Origin: Melioribacteraceae bacterium | Lineage (GTDB): Bacteria; Bacteroidota; Ignavibacteria; Ignavibacteriales; Melioribacteraceae | DNA: 64,000 nucleotides | NCBI GenBank assembly: GCA_016342755.1 | Contig: JAEINS010000018.1 | Coordinates: 19,279 to 83,278 of the forward strand | Reading direction: 5' to 3' | Shown: positions 1 to 10,100 of the stretch, piece by piece | Numbering within the stretch: position 1 is the first letter of the stretch | Layout of the letters: every line of letters begins with the position of its first letter | Program-made: the position numbers and the translations under genes | Notes under the pieces: model-generated | The model's input: the letters and a program-made list of their open reading frames with translations, nothing else | Told to the model about the DNA's origin: nothing | Database searches by the model: none

Positions 1-2
1 CT

Positions 3-143
3 GATTATGGTTGGGAGCAAAACAAAGGTTATCCTACAAAAATGCACCGCGAAACAATATTAAAAATTGGCACAACTCCGTTGCACAGAACAACATTTTT
101 AAGAAAACTGCTTCAAGAATTAGATGGGGATAAATTTCTCTAA
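3..143 (+). CDS. rnhB: Ribonuclease HII, C-terminal fragment (5' end lies outside the window)
   Basis: In-frame translation [40 protein letters not shown]... with stop at 141-143. It resembles the conserved GYP(S/T)..H....G....HR.(S/T)F C-terminal block of RNase HII. Confidence 0.7.
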   Translation, partial: DYGWEQNKGYPTKMHRETILKIGTTPLHRTTFLRKLLQELDGDKFL

Positions 144-196
144 ATTTGAATTTAAGGTATCAAATATTTAACTTTTAGTTTATTAAAATTAATGGC

Positions 197-562
197 ATGA
201 TGGGCACAGTTGATAAAAATGATATTGGGAAATTAGGCGAAAATCTCGCTGCTATGTATCTTATACAAAAAGGATACAGTATTATTACCAGGAATTACAG
301 ACACGGTCATGGTGAGATTGATATAATCGCGCAATTTCAGAAATATATGATTTTCGTTGAAGTTAAAACACGTAAATCTCTTGAATACGGAACACCTGAA
401 GAGGCTGTTACTAAATCGAAACAAAAACAAATAAGAAAAGTTGCCGAAGCATTTATAAATGAACATGATCAGACAGATCTTGATTATAGATTGGATGTGA
501 TTGCGATACTTTTGCAGAAAAACGAGAAACCTAAAATAAATCATTACGAAAACGCTTTTTAG
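197..562 (+). CDS. yraN: YraN-family (UPF0102) endonuclease-like protein
   Basis: 121 aa. GE..A..YL...GY.I..RNYR...GEIDII... then VFVEVKTR motif typical of YraN/UPF0102. Confidence 0.8.
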   Translation: MMGTVDKNDIGKLGENLAAMYLIQKGYSIITRNYRHGHGEIDIIAQFQKYMIFVEVKTRKSLEYGTPEEAVTKSKQKQIRKVAEAFINEHDQTDLDYRLDVIAILLQKNEKPKINHYENAF

Positions 563-669
563 AAAGGGATTTATGCCCTTTAATTATTTCTAAAATTGAA
601 ATTGTGATCTATATCATTTCCAACTTAAAATAAGTTTGTTTATTTTTAAGATTCCGTTAACTAATAACA

Positions 670-1485
670 TTGAGTCTGGTGAAACTGCCCAAAACACGAT
701 ATAAAAAAAAATATACAGTTGATGATCTGATATATAACTTTTTTGCTAATATATCAGGGCTCACAATTTTTTCCTTTCAATTTATAAAGTCATTAATCGT
801 TCCCCCATATGAGATTAAAGAAATTAAGAAACACATGGATGAACTTGGCGTAAAAACCTTTCCAATTGTTAGCTTAACGGGAATTGTAATAGGGATTGTA
901 TTAACACTTCAAAGTATGCCGATAATGGAAAAATTTGGTGCATCCGATTTTTTACCCGGTATGGTGGCTATTTCGGTAATAAGAGAGTTAGGCCCTATGA
1001 TTACAGCATTAATATTTGCCGGTCGTGTAAGTTCCGGTATTGGTGCTGAGTTAGGTTCTATGCGAGTTACAGAACAAATTGACGCAATGGAAGTTTCGGC
1101 AATTAATCCCTTTAAGTATTTGGTTGTAACCCGTGTAACTGCGACAACTCTAATTTTGCCTATCCTTACAATTTATGTAATTTTTATAGCGTTATTCGGC
1201 AGTTATTTTTCACTTATTTTATCAGAGAATATGAGTTTTCAATATTTTACAGATACAGTATTAAAAGCTATTAAGTTTGGCGATTTTGTACCGGGTGTGG
1301 CAAAAACAATATTATTCGGATATATAATTGGTATAGTTGGCGCATATAAGGGTTACACTGCCGAAGGAGGAACCGAAGGTGTTGGTAAGGCTTCTACATC
1401 TTCTGTGGTTTACGCTTCGGTTCTATTACTGCTGGTTGATGTTGCATTAGTTAAAATTACATTGGTATTATGGCCAACGATCTAA
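670..1485 (+). CDS. mlaE: MlaE-family ABC transporter permease (TTG start in the ORF track)
   Basis: 271 aa, polytopic. MlaE-like GP..TA...AGR.GS...AE.GSM.V.EQIDA motif. Its stop overlaps the start of the downstream ATPase. Confidence 0.85.
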   Translation: MSLVKLPKTRYKKKYTVDDLIYNFFANISGLTIFSFQFIKSLIVPPYEIKEIKKHMDELGVKTFPIVSLTGIVIGIVLTLQSMPIMEKFGASDFLPGMVAISVIRELGPMITALIFAGRVSSGIGAELGSMRVTEQIDAMEVSAINPFKYLVVTRVTATTLILPILTIYVIFIALFGSYFSLILSENMSFQYFTDTVLKAIKFGDFVPGVAKTILFGYIIGIVGAYKGYTAEGGTEGVGKASTSSVVYASVLLLLVDVALVKITLVLWPTI

Positions 1486-2213
1486 TAAAAATATCTAATC
1501 TGTCAAAAAGATTTGACAAACTTGTTGTACTTGATGACGTTTCTTTAAGTGTTACTCAGGGCGAGAATCTTGTTGTATTTGGACAGAGCGGCACCGGTAA
1601 AAGTGTTTTGTTAAAATGTTTTATTGGATTACTGAAACCTGAAAAAGGTGAAATATTATATAAGAATCAAAAATTATTGGATCTTACTATAAAGGAACTT
1701 AACGAAATTAGAAAGAAATTAGGATTTCTATTTCAGGGCGCGGCTTTGTATGATTCCATGAGCGTGAGAGAAAATCTTGAATTCCCGTTAAAAAGACATT
1801 TTGATTTATCACAGACAGAAGTTGATGAAAAAGTAAGCTCTACTTTAAGTTTAGTTTCCTTAGAAGGTGCTATTGATAAAATGCCTTCGGAACTTTCCGG
1901 CGGAATGAAAAAAAGAATAGGACTGGCGAGAGCTATTATTACTGATCCTGAACTAATGCTTTATGATGAACCAACAACCGGACTTGATCCGATTACAGCA
2001 AAAGAAATTAGCAAACTGATACTTGATCTTCAAAAAAAGCTGAGCATGACCTCGATGGTAGTTACACATGATCTTATTTGCGCAAAAATAATTGCAGACA
2101 GAGCAATCTTTTTAAGTAACGGCAAAATTGTTTTTGAAGGAAATATTGAGGAATTATCAAAATCTAATGATCCGTTTTTAATGAACTTTTATAGTGACGA
2201 ACTGATTGATTAA
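1470..2213 (+). CDS. mlaF: MlaF-like ABC transporter ATP-binding protein
   Basis: Walker A GQSGTGKS, signature LSGGMKKR, Walker B LMLYDEPT. Operon position between mlaE and mlaD. Confidence 0.9.
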   Translation: MANDLIKISNLSKRFDKLVVLDDVSLSVTQGENLVVFGQSGTGKSVLLKCFIGLLKPEKGEILYKNQKLLDLTIKELNEIRKKLGFLFQGAALYDSMSVRENLEFPLKRHFDLSQTEVDEKVSSTLSLVSLEGAIDKMPSELSGGMKKRIGLARAIITDPELMLYDEPTTGLDPITAKEISKLILDLQKKLSMTSMVVTHDLICAKIIADRAIFLSNGKIVFEGNIEELSKSNDPFLMNFYSDELID

Positions 2214-2223
2214 GGAGAAATAA

Positions 2224-3264
2224 ATGTTAAAAAATTTAGAAGGCGCAAGACTAGGCTTATTTATATTTTTAGGAACAGTTCTATTGTTTGTTGCTATATT
2301 CTTAATCGGAAATAAAGAATCTTTATTTGTTGAAACTATAACTGTAAAAACTTATTTCTCTAATATTGAAGGTCTTAGAAGCGGAGCATCTGTAAGATTA
2401 AGCGGTCTTAATATTGGTAGCGTAAGCAGTATAAATCTTGTTGAAAATAAACAGGACAGAGTTGAAGTTATAATGCGGATAGAAAATGAGGTAACCAATT
2501 TTATTAGACTTGATAGTGAAGCTTCTATTGAAACCGAAGGATTAGTAGGGGCTAAGATAATAAGCATAACCCCGGGAACTCCTAATTATGAAATGGTTAA
2601 AGATGGCGGATTAATTAAATCTGAAAACCCCGTTAACATGGCCGAAATTATTAAAGAATCGAAAAGAGTTATAAATAATTTAGGCGATATTACTGAAAAT
2701 TTTGCGCTGATTGTTACTAAAGTTAATCAGGGTGAAGGTACTATTGGAAACCTTATAAACAACGATGAACTATATCATTCAGCCGTTTCAATTACAAACT
2801 CAGCCGATAAAAGTTTAAAACTAATGACACAAAGGATGGATGAAGTTTCTACTTTTATAATAGATCTGGGAACTGGTTTAGAAAGTATTATTGCTAATGT
2901 TGACAGCGGTGTAACTGATGTACGCCATTTTGTTGAATCAATAGAAAACGGTGATGGTACAATTGGCAAATTAATTTCTAAGGATGATGCCTACGATTCT
3001 TTGATGGTTGTTATGCATAACCTTACCGGAGCAACTGAAAATGCAAAAAGTGGTGCAGAAAGTTTAGCTGAAAATATGGAAGCTCTTAAACATAACTGGT
3101 TATTTAAAAGTTATTTTGAACAAAGAGGCTACTGGAGTAAATCTGAATATGACGAGCAAATTACTAAAAAACTTCAGAAGCTTGAAATTCAGCGTAAAGA
3201 ACTTGATGAAAAGATTAAAGAGTTGAGAGAACTTGAAGAAAAAACAAATGCCAGAGAGGATTAA
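2224..3264 (+). CDS. mlaD: MlaD/MCE-domain protein with a long C-terminal coiled-coil extension
   Basis: N-terminal TM helix, MCE-like block (F....GL..G..V...G..IG.V), charged heptad-like tail (LQKLEIQRKELDEKIKELRELEEK). SD AAGGAG lies upstream. Confidence 0.8.
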   Translation: MLKNLEGARLGLFIFLGTVLLFVAIFLIGNKESLFVETITVKTYFSNIEGLRSGASVRLSGLNIGSVSSINLVENKQDRVEVIMRIENEVTNFIRLDSEASIETEGLVGAKIISITPGTPNYEMVKDGGLIKSENPVNMAEIIKESKRVINNLGDITENFALIVTKVNQGEGTIGNLINNDELYHSAVSITNSADKSLKLMTQRMDEVSTFIIDLGTGLESIIANVDSGVTDVRHFVESIENGDGTIGKLISKDDAYDSLMVVMHNLTGATENAKSGAESLAENMEALKHNWLFKSYFEQRGYWSKSEYDEQITKKLQKLEIQRKELDEKIKELRELEEKTNARED

Positions 3265-5099
3265 CCAATTAATAATCCTCTCAATTTTTCAAGAATTGCG
3301 TGAACTTTAGATTCAGCCATTTCTTTTAGTTCACTAAATTTATGATCTCTTTCCCCGGTTAATCTTTTAATTTCGTCTTCGTTTCTTATAAGTTCGCCTC
3401 TATATATTTCATCAATTCCGCGTTCAGTTTCACCCATCCGTTTTTTCATTTTCTTAAGCTCATCCTCTTTATATCCCTTTAATATTTCAATTTTTTTTAT
3501 GAGCCTGTTTTTTTCTCTGTAACGTTCGTTTAACGAACTGCCAGAACTGAATACTGCCGCAATTGTTCCTATTAAAAATGTTACTCCGCCCCATTTTATA
3601 CCGGAAATTAATATCTGACTTATGATATTTCCAGATCCCTCCGAATCTAAAAACGCACCGCCAAATCCGCCAATTACAAAAATAATCAGCGAGATCATAA
3701 TATTATTTGCCATTGCATTATTAAAAGCTATACCGGGATTAAATTTGTCAGAAACCTCTAAACCTTCAAGTTTTCTTTCAAGAATTTTAATATTGGTATC
3801 AAATCTATCTTCAGCATCACTTAGTTCCAAGTCTAATTTTGTTTTCGAAGTCTCTTTTTCAAAATCAGCTTTAGTACGAAATCCATCCATATTTGCCCGC
3901 AAATCTTTAAGCTGCACTTCATAAACATTTAATCTAGAATTAATTTGCTCTAAATATGATCTTTCTATTAAATCAATTATTCCCTGTATAACAGAATTAA
4001 ATTTAGTTACTAATATTTTCCCGGCTAACAGAATTAGTGTATTTCTATTTTCCTGATATTCTTCAATAAACTCCTTAAAAAATTCAATCTGCGCTTCAAC
4101 TTCGGGTGTTAAATATTCATCAAATTCAATTCTGCGCATACTATCAAGTTTGTCGTGCAAATTAATTAGGATTGCTTTGTTACTGGCTATCAGATTTTGG
4201 AATATGTTCTCTAACTCCGCATCCAGATTCGAAAATTCTTCGAATGTAAAAATATAATAGAGCATTGCATTTTTTAAGAAATAATCAAATAACCTTTTTG
4301 ATCCATTATCAATTGCGTATTGAAAACACTGTGCGTCAAATTGAATAATCTTATTTAAATTTTCAATTGCTTTGTGTGTATTGCCATTTTTGCTTTCTTC
4401 AATAGCTTCATTATAGAGAGCAACAATTCCATTAGGTTTATTCTCTAAAGCATTTGCAAAATATTTGCCTGATTCATAATCCTGACCAGTTTTTATCTTT
4501 AGAAATCCTCTGTGCAGTTCTATTAAATAATACAACTCCTTTCTTGTTTCTCTATCAAGCCGGGCATGTTTAATTACTTCAACTGCTATGTCTAAACATC
4601 TTTCCGCTTCAGTTGGGTTAAATTGCGATTCTTCGTAAGTAAGAATTATTGATTTAAAGATGTGTTTCAAAAAGTTATGATTATTACTGTTTTTTTCAAT
4701 AATATTTAATGTTGAAACAGCAAAATATTTTTTTTCTTTTGGAACCTGCTGAACAATCCATTTGCCAAAAAACTTTTTCATTTCTGAAAAACTACTGGCT
4801 GCCGAACGAATTCCAGCACTGTCGGTAAATAAGGATTCAGCTTTTAAAAGTACAGTTGATGCTGAAATCCAGTAAAATGGGTATGTTTCCATTGTTAAGT
4901 AATAAGCCGCGTATTGCGGAGGTAACCTATACGATGAAATTGCTGCTACTTGATTAAGCAAATCCTGAGGTCTAAAATTGAACCTTATATAATTTGGAAA
5001 TTTTTCTTTTCCCAAATTTTTGAATTTTGAAAAAGATAATTTATCTACAACTGGTGCATGCTCTTCGTAACCTAGTATTTCAGAATTTTCACTCTTCAT
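3261..5099 (-). CDS. Hypothetical protein: N-terminal helical-repeat (TPR-like) region, coiled coil, two TM helices, C-terminal coiled coil
   Basis: 612-aa ORF. Hydrophobic pair IMISLIIFVIGGFGGAF / GGVTFLIGTIAAVF is flanked by highly charged heptad-like sequence. I recognised no family. Confidence 0.6.
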   Translation of the reverse strand: MKSENSEILGYEEHAPVVDKLSFSKFKNLGKEKFPNYIRFNFRPQDLLNQVAAISSYRLPPQYAAYYLTMETYPFYWISASTVLLKAESLFTDSAGIRSAASSFSEMKKFFGKWIVQQVPKEKKYFAVSTLNIIEKNSNNHNFLKHIFKSIILTYEESQFNPTEAERCLDIAVEVIKHARLDRETRKELYYLIELHRGFLKIKTGQDYESGKYFANALENKPNGIVALYNEAIEESKNGNTHKAIENLNKIIQFDAQCFQYAIDNGSKRLFDYFLKNAMLYYIFTFEEFSNLDAELENIFQNLIASNKAILINLHDKLDSMRRIEFDEYLTPEVEAQIEFFKEFIEEYQENRNTLILLAGKILVTKFNSVIQGIIDLIERSYLEQINSRLNVYEVQLKDLRANMDGFRTKADFEKETSKTKLDLELSDAEDRFDTNIKILERKLEGLEVSDKFNPGIAFNNAMANNIMISLIIFVIGGFGGAFLDSEGSGNIISQILISGIKWGGVTFLIGTIAAVFSSGSSLNERYREKNRLIKKIEILKGYKEDELKKMKKRMGETERGIDEIYRGELIRNEDEIKRLTGERDHKFSELKEMAESKVHAILEKLRGLLIG

Positions 5100-5177
5100 T
5101 AATAATCTGACTTTTTTTGTTTGTATATCGGTTTTATTATCGAATAGTCTGCGATTATTTTTAGTGAAAATATTTTT

Positions 5178-6317
5178 CTATTTATCTAAAACAGAACGGT
5201 CTTTATTTTTAGGACAAAATGATTCCATATTTTCTTCACTTGTAGAATTTAATGGAGCCAGTTCAATTCCCTTCATTTTAATACTGTATAGATTTAAGAT
5301 TCGTTTTTTACCTTTTAATCTAAATTCACCTATAAACTCTTCCTCAAAATCCGTCTTCCAATCCATAATAACTAAAAGATCTTCCGAAACCAGAAGTCTG
5401 CGGCCGACTTTATTACATGTATTTAGTATCCGATTGGTTGTATTTATAAGATCACCGTGGTATGCAATTTCTTTCTTTAGATATCCAACTTCAGTTATAA
5501 GTATTTCTCCATAATGTAATCCCGCCTTAAATTCAGGATAAATTCCATATTTCTTAAGATAAGAATTCCGCAATTCTATCATTATGTTTTCAACAAGAAA
5601 GAAAAATCTGAGAGCGTTATTATTCATCTTTCCCTTTTTAACGTTCCAGACAATAACAACTTCATCCCCGCAGTATTGAAAAATCTCTCCCCTGGCTTCT
5701 AAAATTGGTTCTGTTATATCATGAAAAAAGTCTTGTAGAAATGAACTATATCGCTCGTCGCCCAGTTTTTCGGCAATTGAGGTAGATGATTTCAAATCCA
5801 AAAAAAGAAAAATTCTTTCTTCCCTTGTTGGTTTATGGTATTTACCTGTTATGTATTTTAGCAGAACTCCTTTTCCTAAAAGCAGATTAATCTGCCATAT
5901 AACATTAATGACAAAACTGAGTCCTATAAGCACAAGAAAAATTATATGAAGATCGTTTTCCCAGAAGAACTGATTTAACTGATCATTGTTTATTACATCA
6001 ATTAGCGCGCATTTATTAGCAAATGAAAGCTTTATCATAACAATCATGAATATTGATGAAATTATGATTCCGGAGTAAACGATTGTTCTAATTGCAACCA
6101 GCAGATAAAACGGAAGTCTTCTAAATTTGGGGATTGTAATAAAGTTTTCAAATAGTCCGATTAAAAATCCAATCATTAGCCCAATAATGGATGATTCTAA
6201 TAAAAGTCCGGAGTGACTGGTTATTAAATCAGCAAGAATACTGATAATAAATCCGATCACTCCAAATTTAAAACTATTAAAAAATTTATTTTTCAATGTT
6301 AAGGAAGCAAATTTCAT
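5178..6317 (-). CDS. Membrane-anchored class III adenylate/guanylate cyclase
   Basis: About 5 N-terminal TM helices, then a cyclase homology domain (FLFLDLKSST...GDERY......GEIFQYCGDEVVIVW). Confidence 0.8.
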   Translation of the reverse strand: MKFASLTLKNKFFNSFKFGVIGFIISILADLITSHSGLLLESSIIGLMIGFLIGLFENFITIPKFRRLPFYLLVAIRTIVYSGIIISSIFMIVMIKLSFANKCALIDVINNDQLNQFFWENDLHIIFLVLIGLSFVINVIWQINLLLGKGVLLKYITGKYHKPTREERIFLFLDLKSSTSIAEKLGDERYSSFLQDFFHDITEPILEARGEIFQYCGDEVVIVWNVKKGKMNNNALRFFFLVENIMIELRNSYLKKYGIYPEFKAGLHYGEILITEVGYLKKEIAYHGDLINTTNRILNTCNKVGRRLLVSEDLLVIMDWKTDFEEEFIGEFRLKGKKRILNLYSIKMKGIELAPLNSTSEENMESFCPKNKDRSVLDK

Positions 6318-6319
6318 AT

Positions 6320-6514
6320 TTATTGTTGCAATTCAGTTGGAACAATTTTCTTCAGTATATCTTCCAGCAAACACCATTTTGTAATTGATGATTGAAGTAG
6401 ATTAACTCCGACAAATGCTGTAAATAAAAACCAATACGGACTTACATAATATCCCAGCGCAAGGCTTACCAAAATAAAAGTACCGGCTATTGCTCTAATT
6501 AGTCTTTGTATCAT
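6320..6514 (-). CDS. DUF2892 (YgaP-like) small membrane protein
   Basis: IRAIAG..ILVSLALGYY....WFLFTAFVGVNLLQSSITKWC motif. I prefer the ATG at 6514, preceded by AAGGAG, over the ORF-track TTG at 6538, which sits inside a terminator hairpin. Confidence 0.7.
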   Translation of the reverse strand: MIQRLIRAIAGTFILVSLALGYYVSPYWFLFTAFVGVNLLQSSITKWCLLEDILKKIVPTELQQ

Positions 6515-6537
6515 TTTATCTCCTTTTAACTTATTCA

Positions 6538-6570
6538 AAAGATGACATCTTTTTGAAAGATGTCATCTTT
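6538..6570 (-). terminator. Perfect 15-bp stem / 3-nt loop hairpin downstream of the P-II-like gene
   Basis: AAAGATGACATCTTT-ttg-AAAGATGTCATCTTT. On the minus strand the stem runs into a short T tract. An identical stem recurs at 47691-47723. Confidence 0.6.
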
Positions 6571-6583
6571 ATATATTATATCC

Positions 6584-6883
6584 TTAAATTACCTGCTCAA
6601 CATTTAACACAAAAGCATGAACAGGATTATCTTTTATCTCATGTTTACAAATTTCAACTGCCTGCATTATTTCATCTGCTTTTTTATCATCGCAAAGAGT
6701 AAAAACCATTTTGGAACTTGTAAAATGTTTTTTACTGCCAAACCAATTTGTGCTTTCGTCGTCGTTATCTTTTTTATAACCTTGAAGATCCGTTTCACTA
6801 AAAGCTTCAATTTTCAAATCATACAATAAATGTTTGGCTCTTTCAATATATTGTTCAACGCACATTATTGCTACTAGTTTCAT
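6584..6883 (-). CDS. Small P-II-like-fold protein (tentatively DUF3240-like), accessory gene of the RND operon
   Basis: MKLVAIMCVEQYIERAKHLLYDLKIEAFSETDLQGY parallels the beta-alpha-beta start of P-II proteins. The ATG at 6883, preceded by GAGGA, avoids overlap with the RND stop. The ORF track extends the ORF to 6913. Confidence 0.55.
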   Translation of the reverse strand: MKLVAIMCVEQYIERAKHLLYDLKIEAFSETDLQGYKKDNDDESTNWFGSKKHFTSSKMVFTLCDDKKADEIMQAVEICKHEIKDNPVHAFVLNVEQVI

Positions 6884-6887
6884 AACA

Positions 6888-9800
6888 TTATTCCTCATTA
6901 TCATTGTTTTCATGATTTTTTCTTTCAGACATATAATATATTAACGGAACCATAACTAATGTTAAAGCTGTTGATGCTAACGATCCGCCCATAAGGGATA
7001 ATGCTAATCCTTGGAAAATAGGATCGAATATTATTACAAACGCGCCTATTACAACAGTTCCCGCTGTTAATAATATTGGAGTTGTTCTAACAGCTCCAGA
7101 CTCAATAACAGCCTGTTTTAACGCTATTCCTTCGGCCAACCTCAGTTCTATAAAGTCGATTAACAATACTGAGTTTCTAACCATTATTCCGGCTAATGCA
7201 ATTACACCAATCATAGATGTTGCTGTAAAAAAAGCATCGAAGATTAAATGACCAACCAATACGCCAACCAATGATAACGGAATTGATATCATCATAATTA
7301 TTGGAACTTTGAAATCCTGGAACCAGCCAATTATAAGCATGTAAATAATTACTAATACAACTGCGAATGCTGCACCAAGATCTCTAAATACCTCATAGGT
7401 TATATGCCATTCGCCATCCCATTTTATTGCAAGTTTTTCTTCATCATCGGGCTGTGCGGTATAATATGTTTTTACATCCAGATTTTCACGTTCGTTTAAT
7501 TCAGCAATTTTTTCATCAATATCCATTATAGCATAAACAGGGCTTTCCAGTTCACCTGCAACATCGGCTGTTATATAAACGGCTCTTTTCTGGTTCTTGC
7601 GGTAAATCTCTTTATCCTGAATTTGTTCTTTCACTTTTACTAATTCAGCAACCGGAATTAAATTACCCGAACGCGACATAACTTTTATCTTTTTAAGATC
7701 ATCAATGCTAGAACGTCCTTCTTCCGATAATCTCAATCTTATATTCACTGGATCAACATCTTCAGGCTGGTATAGTGCGGATACATCCATTCCATACAAC
7801 GAAACACCAAGTACACCAACTATTTGTTCGGCACTAATACCGTTTAACATTGCTTTTTCTTTATTGATCTCAAATTTATATTCAACTTGATCATCAGGAA
7901 CTAACCAGTCAACATCAACAACACCGTCTGTTGTTTCAAAAATAGTTTTTATTTTTTTTGCATATTCAATCCGGCTGTCGAAATCGGGTCCATAAATCTC
8001 GGCTACTAAAGTAGACATTACCGGAGGACCGGGAGGAACTTCCGCAATTTTCACATTTGCGTTATATTGTTTCGCAATTTCCTGTACTGTTGGTCTAATA
8101 CGTTTTGCTATATCATGACTCTGATCTGAACGATCACCTTTATCTATAAGGTTTAATTGAATATCCGCTACGTTAGGACCTCTGCGTAAATCATAATGCC
8201 TTACAAGTCCGTTGAAATTTATAGGGGCTGCTGTTCCAATATAAGTTTGATAATTTTCTACTTCGGGAATTGTTCTTAAATAACTTGCCAGTTCTTTTGT
8301 AACCGCGGCAGTTCTTTCAAGAGTTGTACCTTCAGGCATATCTATAATTATCTGAATTTCATTTTTATTATCAAAAGGCAGCATTTTTACGGCTACTAAT
8401 TTGAAATAAAGTAAAAACATTGAAGCAAATAAAAGGAATGTAATACTGATAATTGTTATCCAGCGTATCTTAATACTAGCTATCAACGGATTCATTGTTT
8501 TTGCATATAACTTATAAATCATTGTCTCTTGAAGATTATACTCTTCTTTTTCAACTTCATCTGAGTCATCTTTTAAAAACTTAAAAGCAACATAAGGAGT
8601 TACTATTAGCGCGACAAATAGTGAGAATGTCATTGCCAACGCAGCACCAATAGGCATCGGAGCCATATACGGTCCCATTAAACCCGATACAAATGCCATT
8701 GGCAGTACTGATGCAACAACTGTGAATGTTGCAAGAATTGTAGGATTACCAACTTCATCTATTGAAGCTATAGCTGCTTGTTCCCGGGGCAGTTTACGCA
8801 TCTTAAAGTGACGATGCATGTTTTCAACAACAATGATTGAAGCATCAACCACAATACCGGTTACAAACACAAGCGCAAACAAAGTTATTCTATTAAGAGT
8901 ATATCCCATCATGTAATAAACAAATAATGTTAATGCAAAGGTTATTGGAACTGAAGCAAAAACTACCCAGCCTCCTCTCCAGCCAAGAGCAAGTGCAACT
9001 ACAATTGAAGCCGCTAATATTGATCCTAACAAATGGATTAAAAGTTCATTAACCTTTTCGGAGGCTGAATCACCGTAATTTCTTGTTATAGTTACTTCAA
9101 CATTCGAAGGGATTATTACACCGTCAAATTTATCGGTTATAGCGGTAATTTTATCAGCAATTAATTTAGCATCTGCGCCTTTTCTTTTTGAAACTGAAAT
9201 AGTAACTGATGGAAATTCAATTCCCTCTTCTCTATTTTTTTCAGATAACTCTTTTCCGCCAAATCCGTATGTTGTATAATTTTCAGCTTCTTCCGGTCCG
9301 TCAAAAACTTCAGAAACATTTTTAAGATAAACCGGACTTCCCATGTATACACCGATTACTAAATCACCAACTTCTTCTGCTGACTGTAAATAATTTCCAG
9401 TCTCAACTAAAAATTCCTGATCATTTGAACTAAAGCTGCCCGCACCGCTTTGTTTGTTAGATCCCTGTATTTGCTGCATAATCATTAGAGGATCAACATT
9501 GTGTGCGGCCATTTTCTCTTTATTTAATACAACTCTGATTTGTCTTTTTTTACCGCCTATAATTTGAGTCTGGGCAACATCATTAACTTTCTTAAATTCT
9601 TTCGCTAATTCCGATGCAACTCTTCTTATATCATAGTCGTCAGATGTTTTGCTCCACAGCGTTAAACTTAGTATCGGAACATCATCTATCGATTTAGTCT
9701 TTACAAACGGCATGGTAACGCCCTTAGGCATTTTATCCATGTTTTTCATTACTTCGTTGTAAAGCTTAACCATACTTCTTTCAGTATCTTCGCCTACAAA

Positions 9801-10100
9801 AAATCTTACTATTAACATCGACATTCCGGGCATTGATGTAGAATACACATATTCAACACCGTGAATGTTAGATATCAACTTTTCTAACGGGACTGAAATT
9901 CTTGCTTCAACTTCTTTTGCACTTGCACCAGGATACTGAACAAAAATATCTGCAATTGGTACATTTATTTGCGGTTCTTCTTCACTTGGAGTTAAATATG
10001 TACTGAATATTCCTATTGCCAGTGAGGCAATTATTAATAAAGGCGTTAGCTTCGATGTCATAAACGCCTTTGCTATTTTACCTGCAGCGCCTATCTTCAT
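6888..10100 (-). CDS. RND efflux transporter permease (AcrB/CzcA superfamily)
   Basis: 1070 aa with 12-TM topology and two large periplasmic loops. Conserved TM4-like block VVDASIIVVENM. Overlaps the upstream MFP gene by 4 nt. Confidence 0.9.
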   Translation of the reverse strand: MKIGAAGKIAKAFMTSKLTPLLIIASLAIGIFSTYLTPSEEEPQINVPIADIFVQYPGASAKEVEARISVPLEKLISNIHGVEYVYSTSMPGMSMLIVRFFVGEDTERSMVKLYNEVMKNMDKMPKGVTMPFVKTKSIDDVPILSLTLWSKTSDDYDIRRVASELAKEFKKVNDVAQTQIIGGKKRQIRVVLNKEKMAAHNVDPLMIMQQIQGSNKQSGAGSFSSNDQEFLVETGNYLQSAEEVGDLVIGVYMGSPVYLKNVSEVFDGPEEAENYTTYGFGGKELSEKNREEGIEFPSVTISVSKRKGADAKLIADKITAITDKFDGVIIPSNVEVTITRNYGDSASEKVNELLIHLLGSILAASIVVALALGWRGGWVVFASVPITFALTLFVYYMMGYTLNRITLFALVFVTGIVVDASIIVVENMHRHFKMRKLPREQAAIASIDEVGNPTILATFTVVASVLPMAFVSGLMGPYMAPMPIGAALAMTFSLFVALIVTPYVAFKFLKDDSDEVEKEEYNLQETMIYKLYAKTMNPLIASIKIRWITIISITFLLFASMFLLYFKLVAVKMLPFDNKNEIQIIIDMPEGTTLERTAAVTKELASYLRTIPEVENYQTYIGTAAPINFNGLVRHYDLRRGPNVADIQLNLIDKGDRSDQSHDIAKRIRPTVQEIAKQYNANVKIAEVPPGPPVMSTLVAEIYGPDFDSRIEYAKKIKTIFETTDGVVDVDWLVPDDQVEYKFEINKEKAMLNGISAEQIVGVLGVSLYGMDVSALYQPEDVDPVNIRLRLSEEGRSSIDDLKKIKVMSRSGNLIPVAELVKVKEQIQDKEIYRKNQKRAVYITADVAGELESPVYAIMDIDEKIAELNERENLDVKTYYTAQPDDEEKLAIKWDGEWHITYEVFRDLGAAFAVVLVIIYMLIIGWFQDFKVPIIMMISIPLSLVGVLVGHLIFDAFFTATSMIGVIALAGIMVRNSVLLIDFIELRLAEGIALKQAVIESGAVRTTPILLTAGTVVIGAFVIIFDPIFQGLALSLMGGSLASTALTLVMVPLIYYMSERKNHENNDNEE

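Noticed and set aside
233-544. An antisense ORF-track entry. Similar short entries lie opposite strong CDSs: 2352-2567, 2775-2969, 3622-3924, 5164-5514, 6617-6829, 7705-7890, 9161-9352, 10383-10670, 12203-12529, 15505-15702, 15879-16067, 16568-16891, 22672-22893, 22936-23169, 23890-24231, 24855-25037, 25619-25804, 27417-27605, 28659-28841, 32794-33003, 33195-33383, 33481-33687, 34932-35192, 39824-40060, 42793-43032, 44912-45208, 45466-45720, 45902-46180, 46060-46245, 46508-46879, 48816-49004, 49372-49628, 50263-50563, 51816-52197, 55062-55289, 55548-55799, 58515-58903, 61406-61612, 62747-63305.
   Set aside because: Each lies wholly inside, or antisense to, a longer ORF with clear family motifs. 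Their translations are low-complexity (F/L/I/S/K-rich), as expected for shadow frames in AT-rich DNA.
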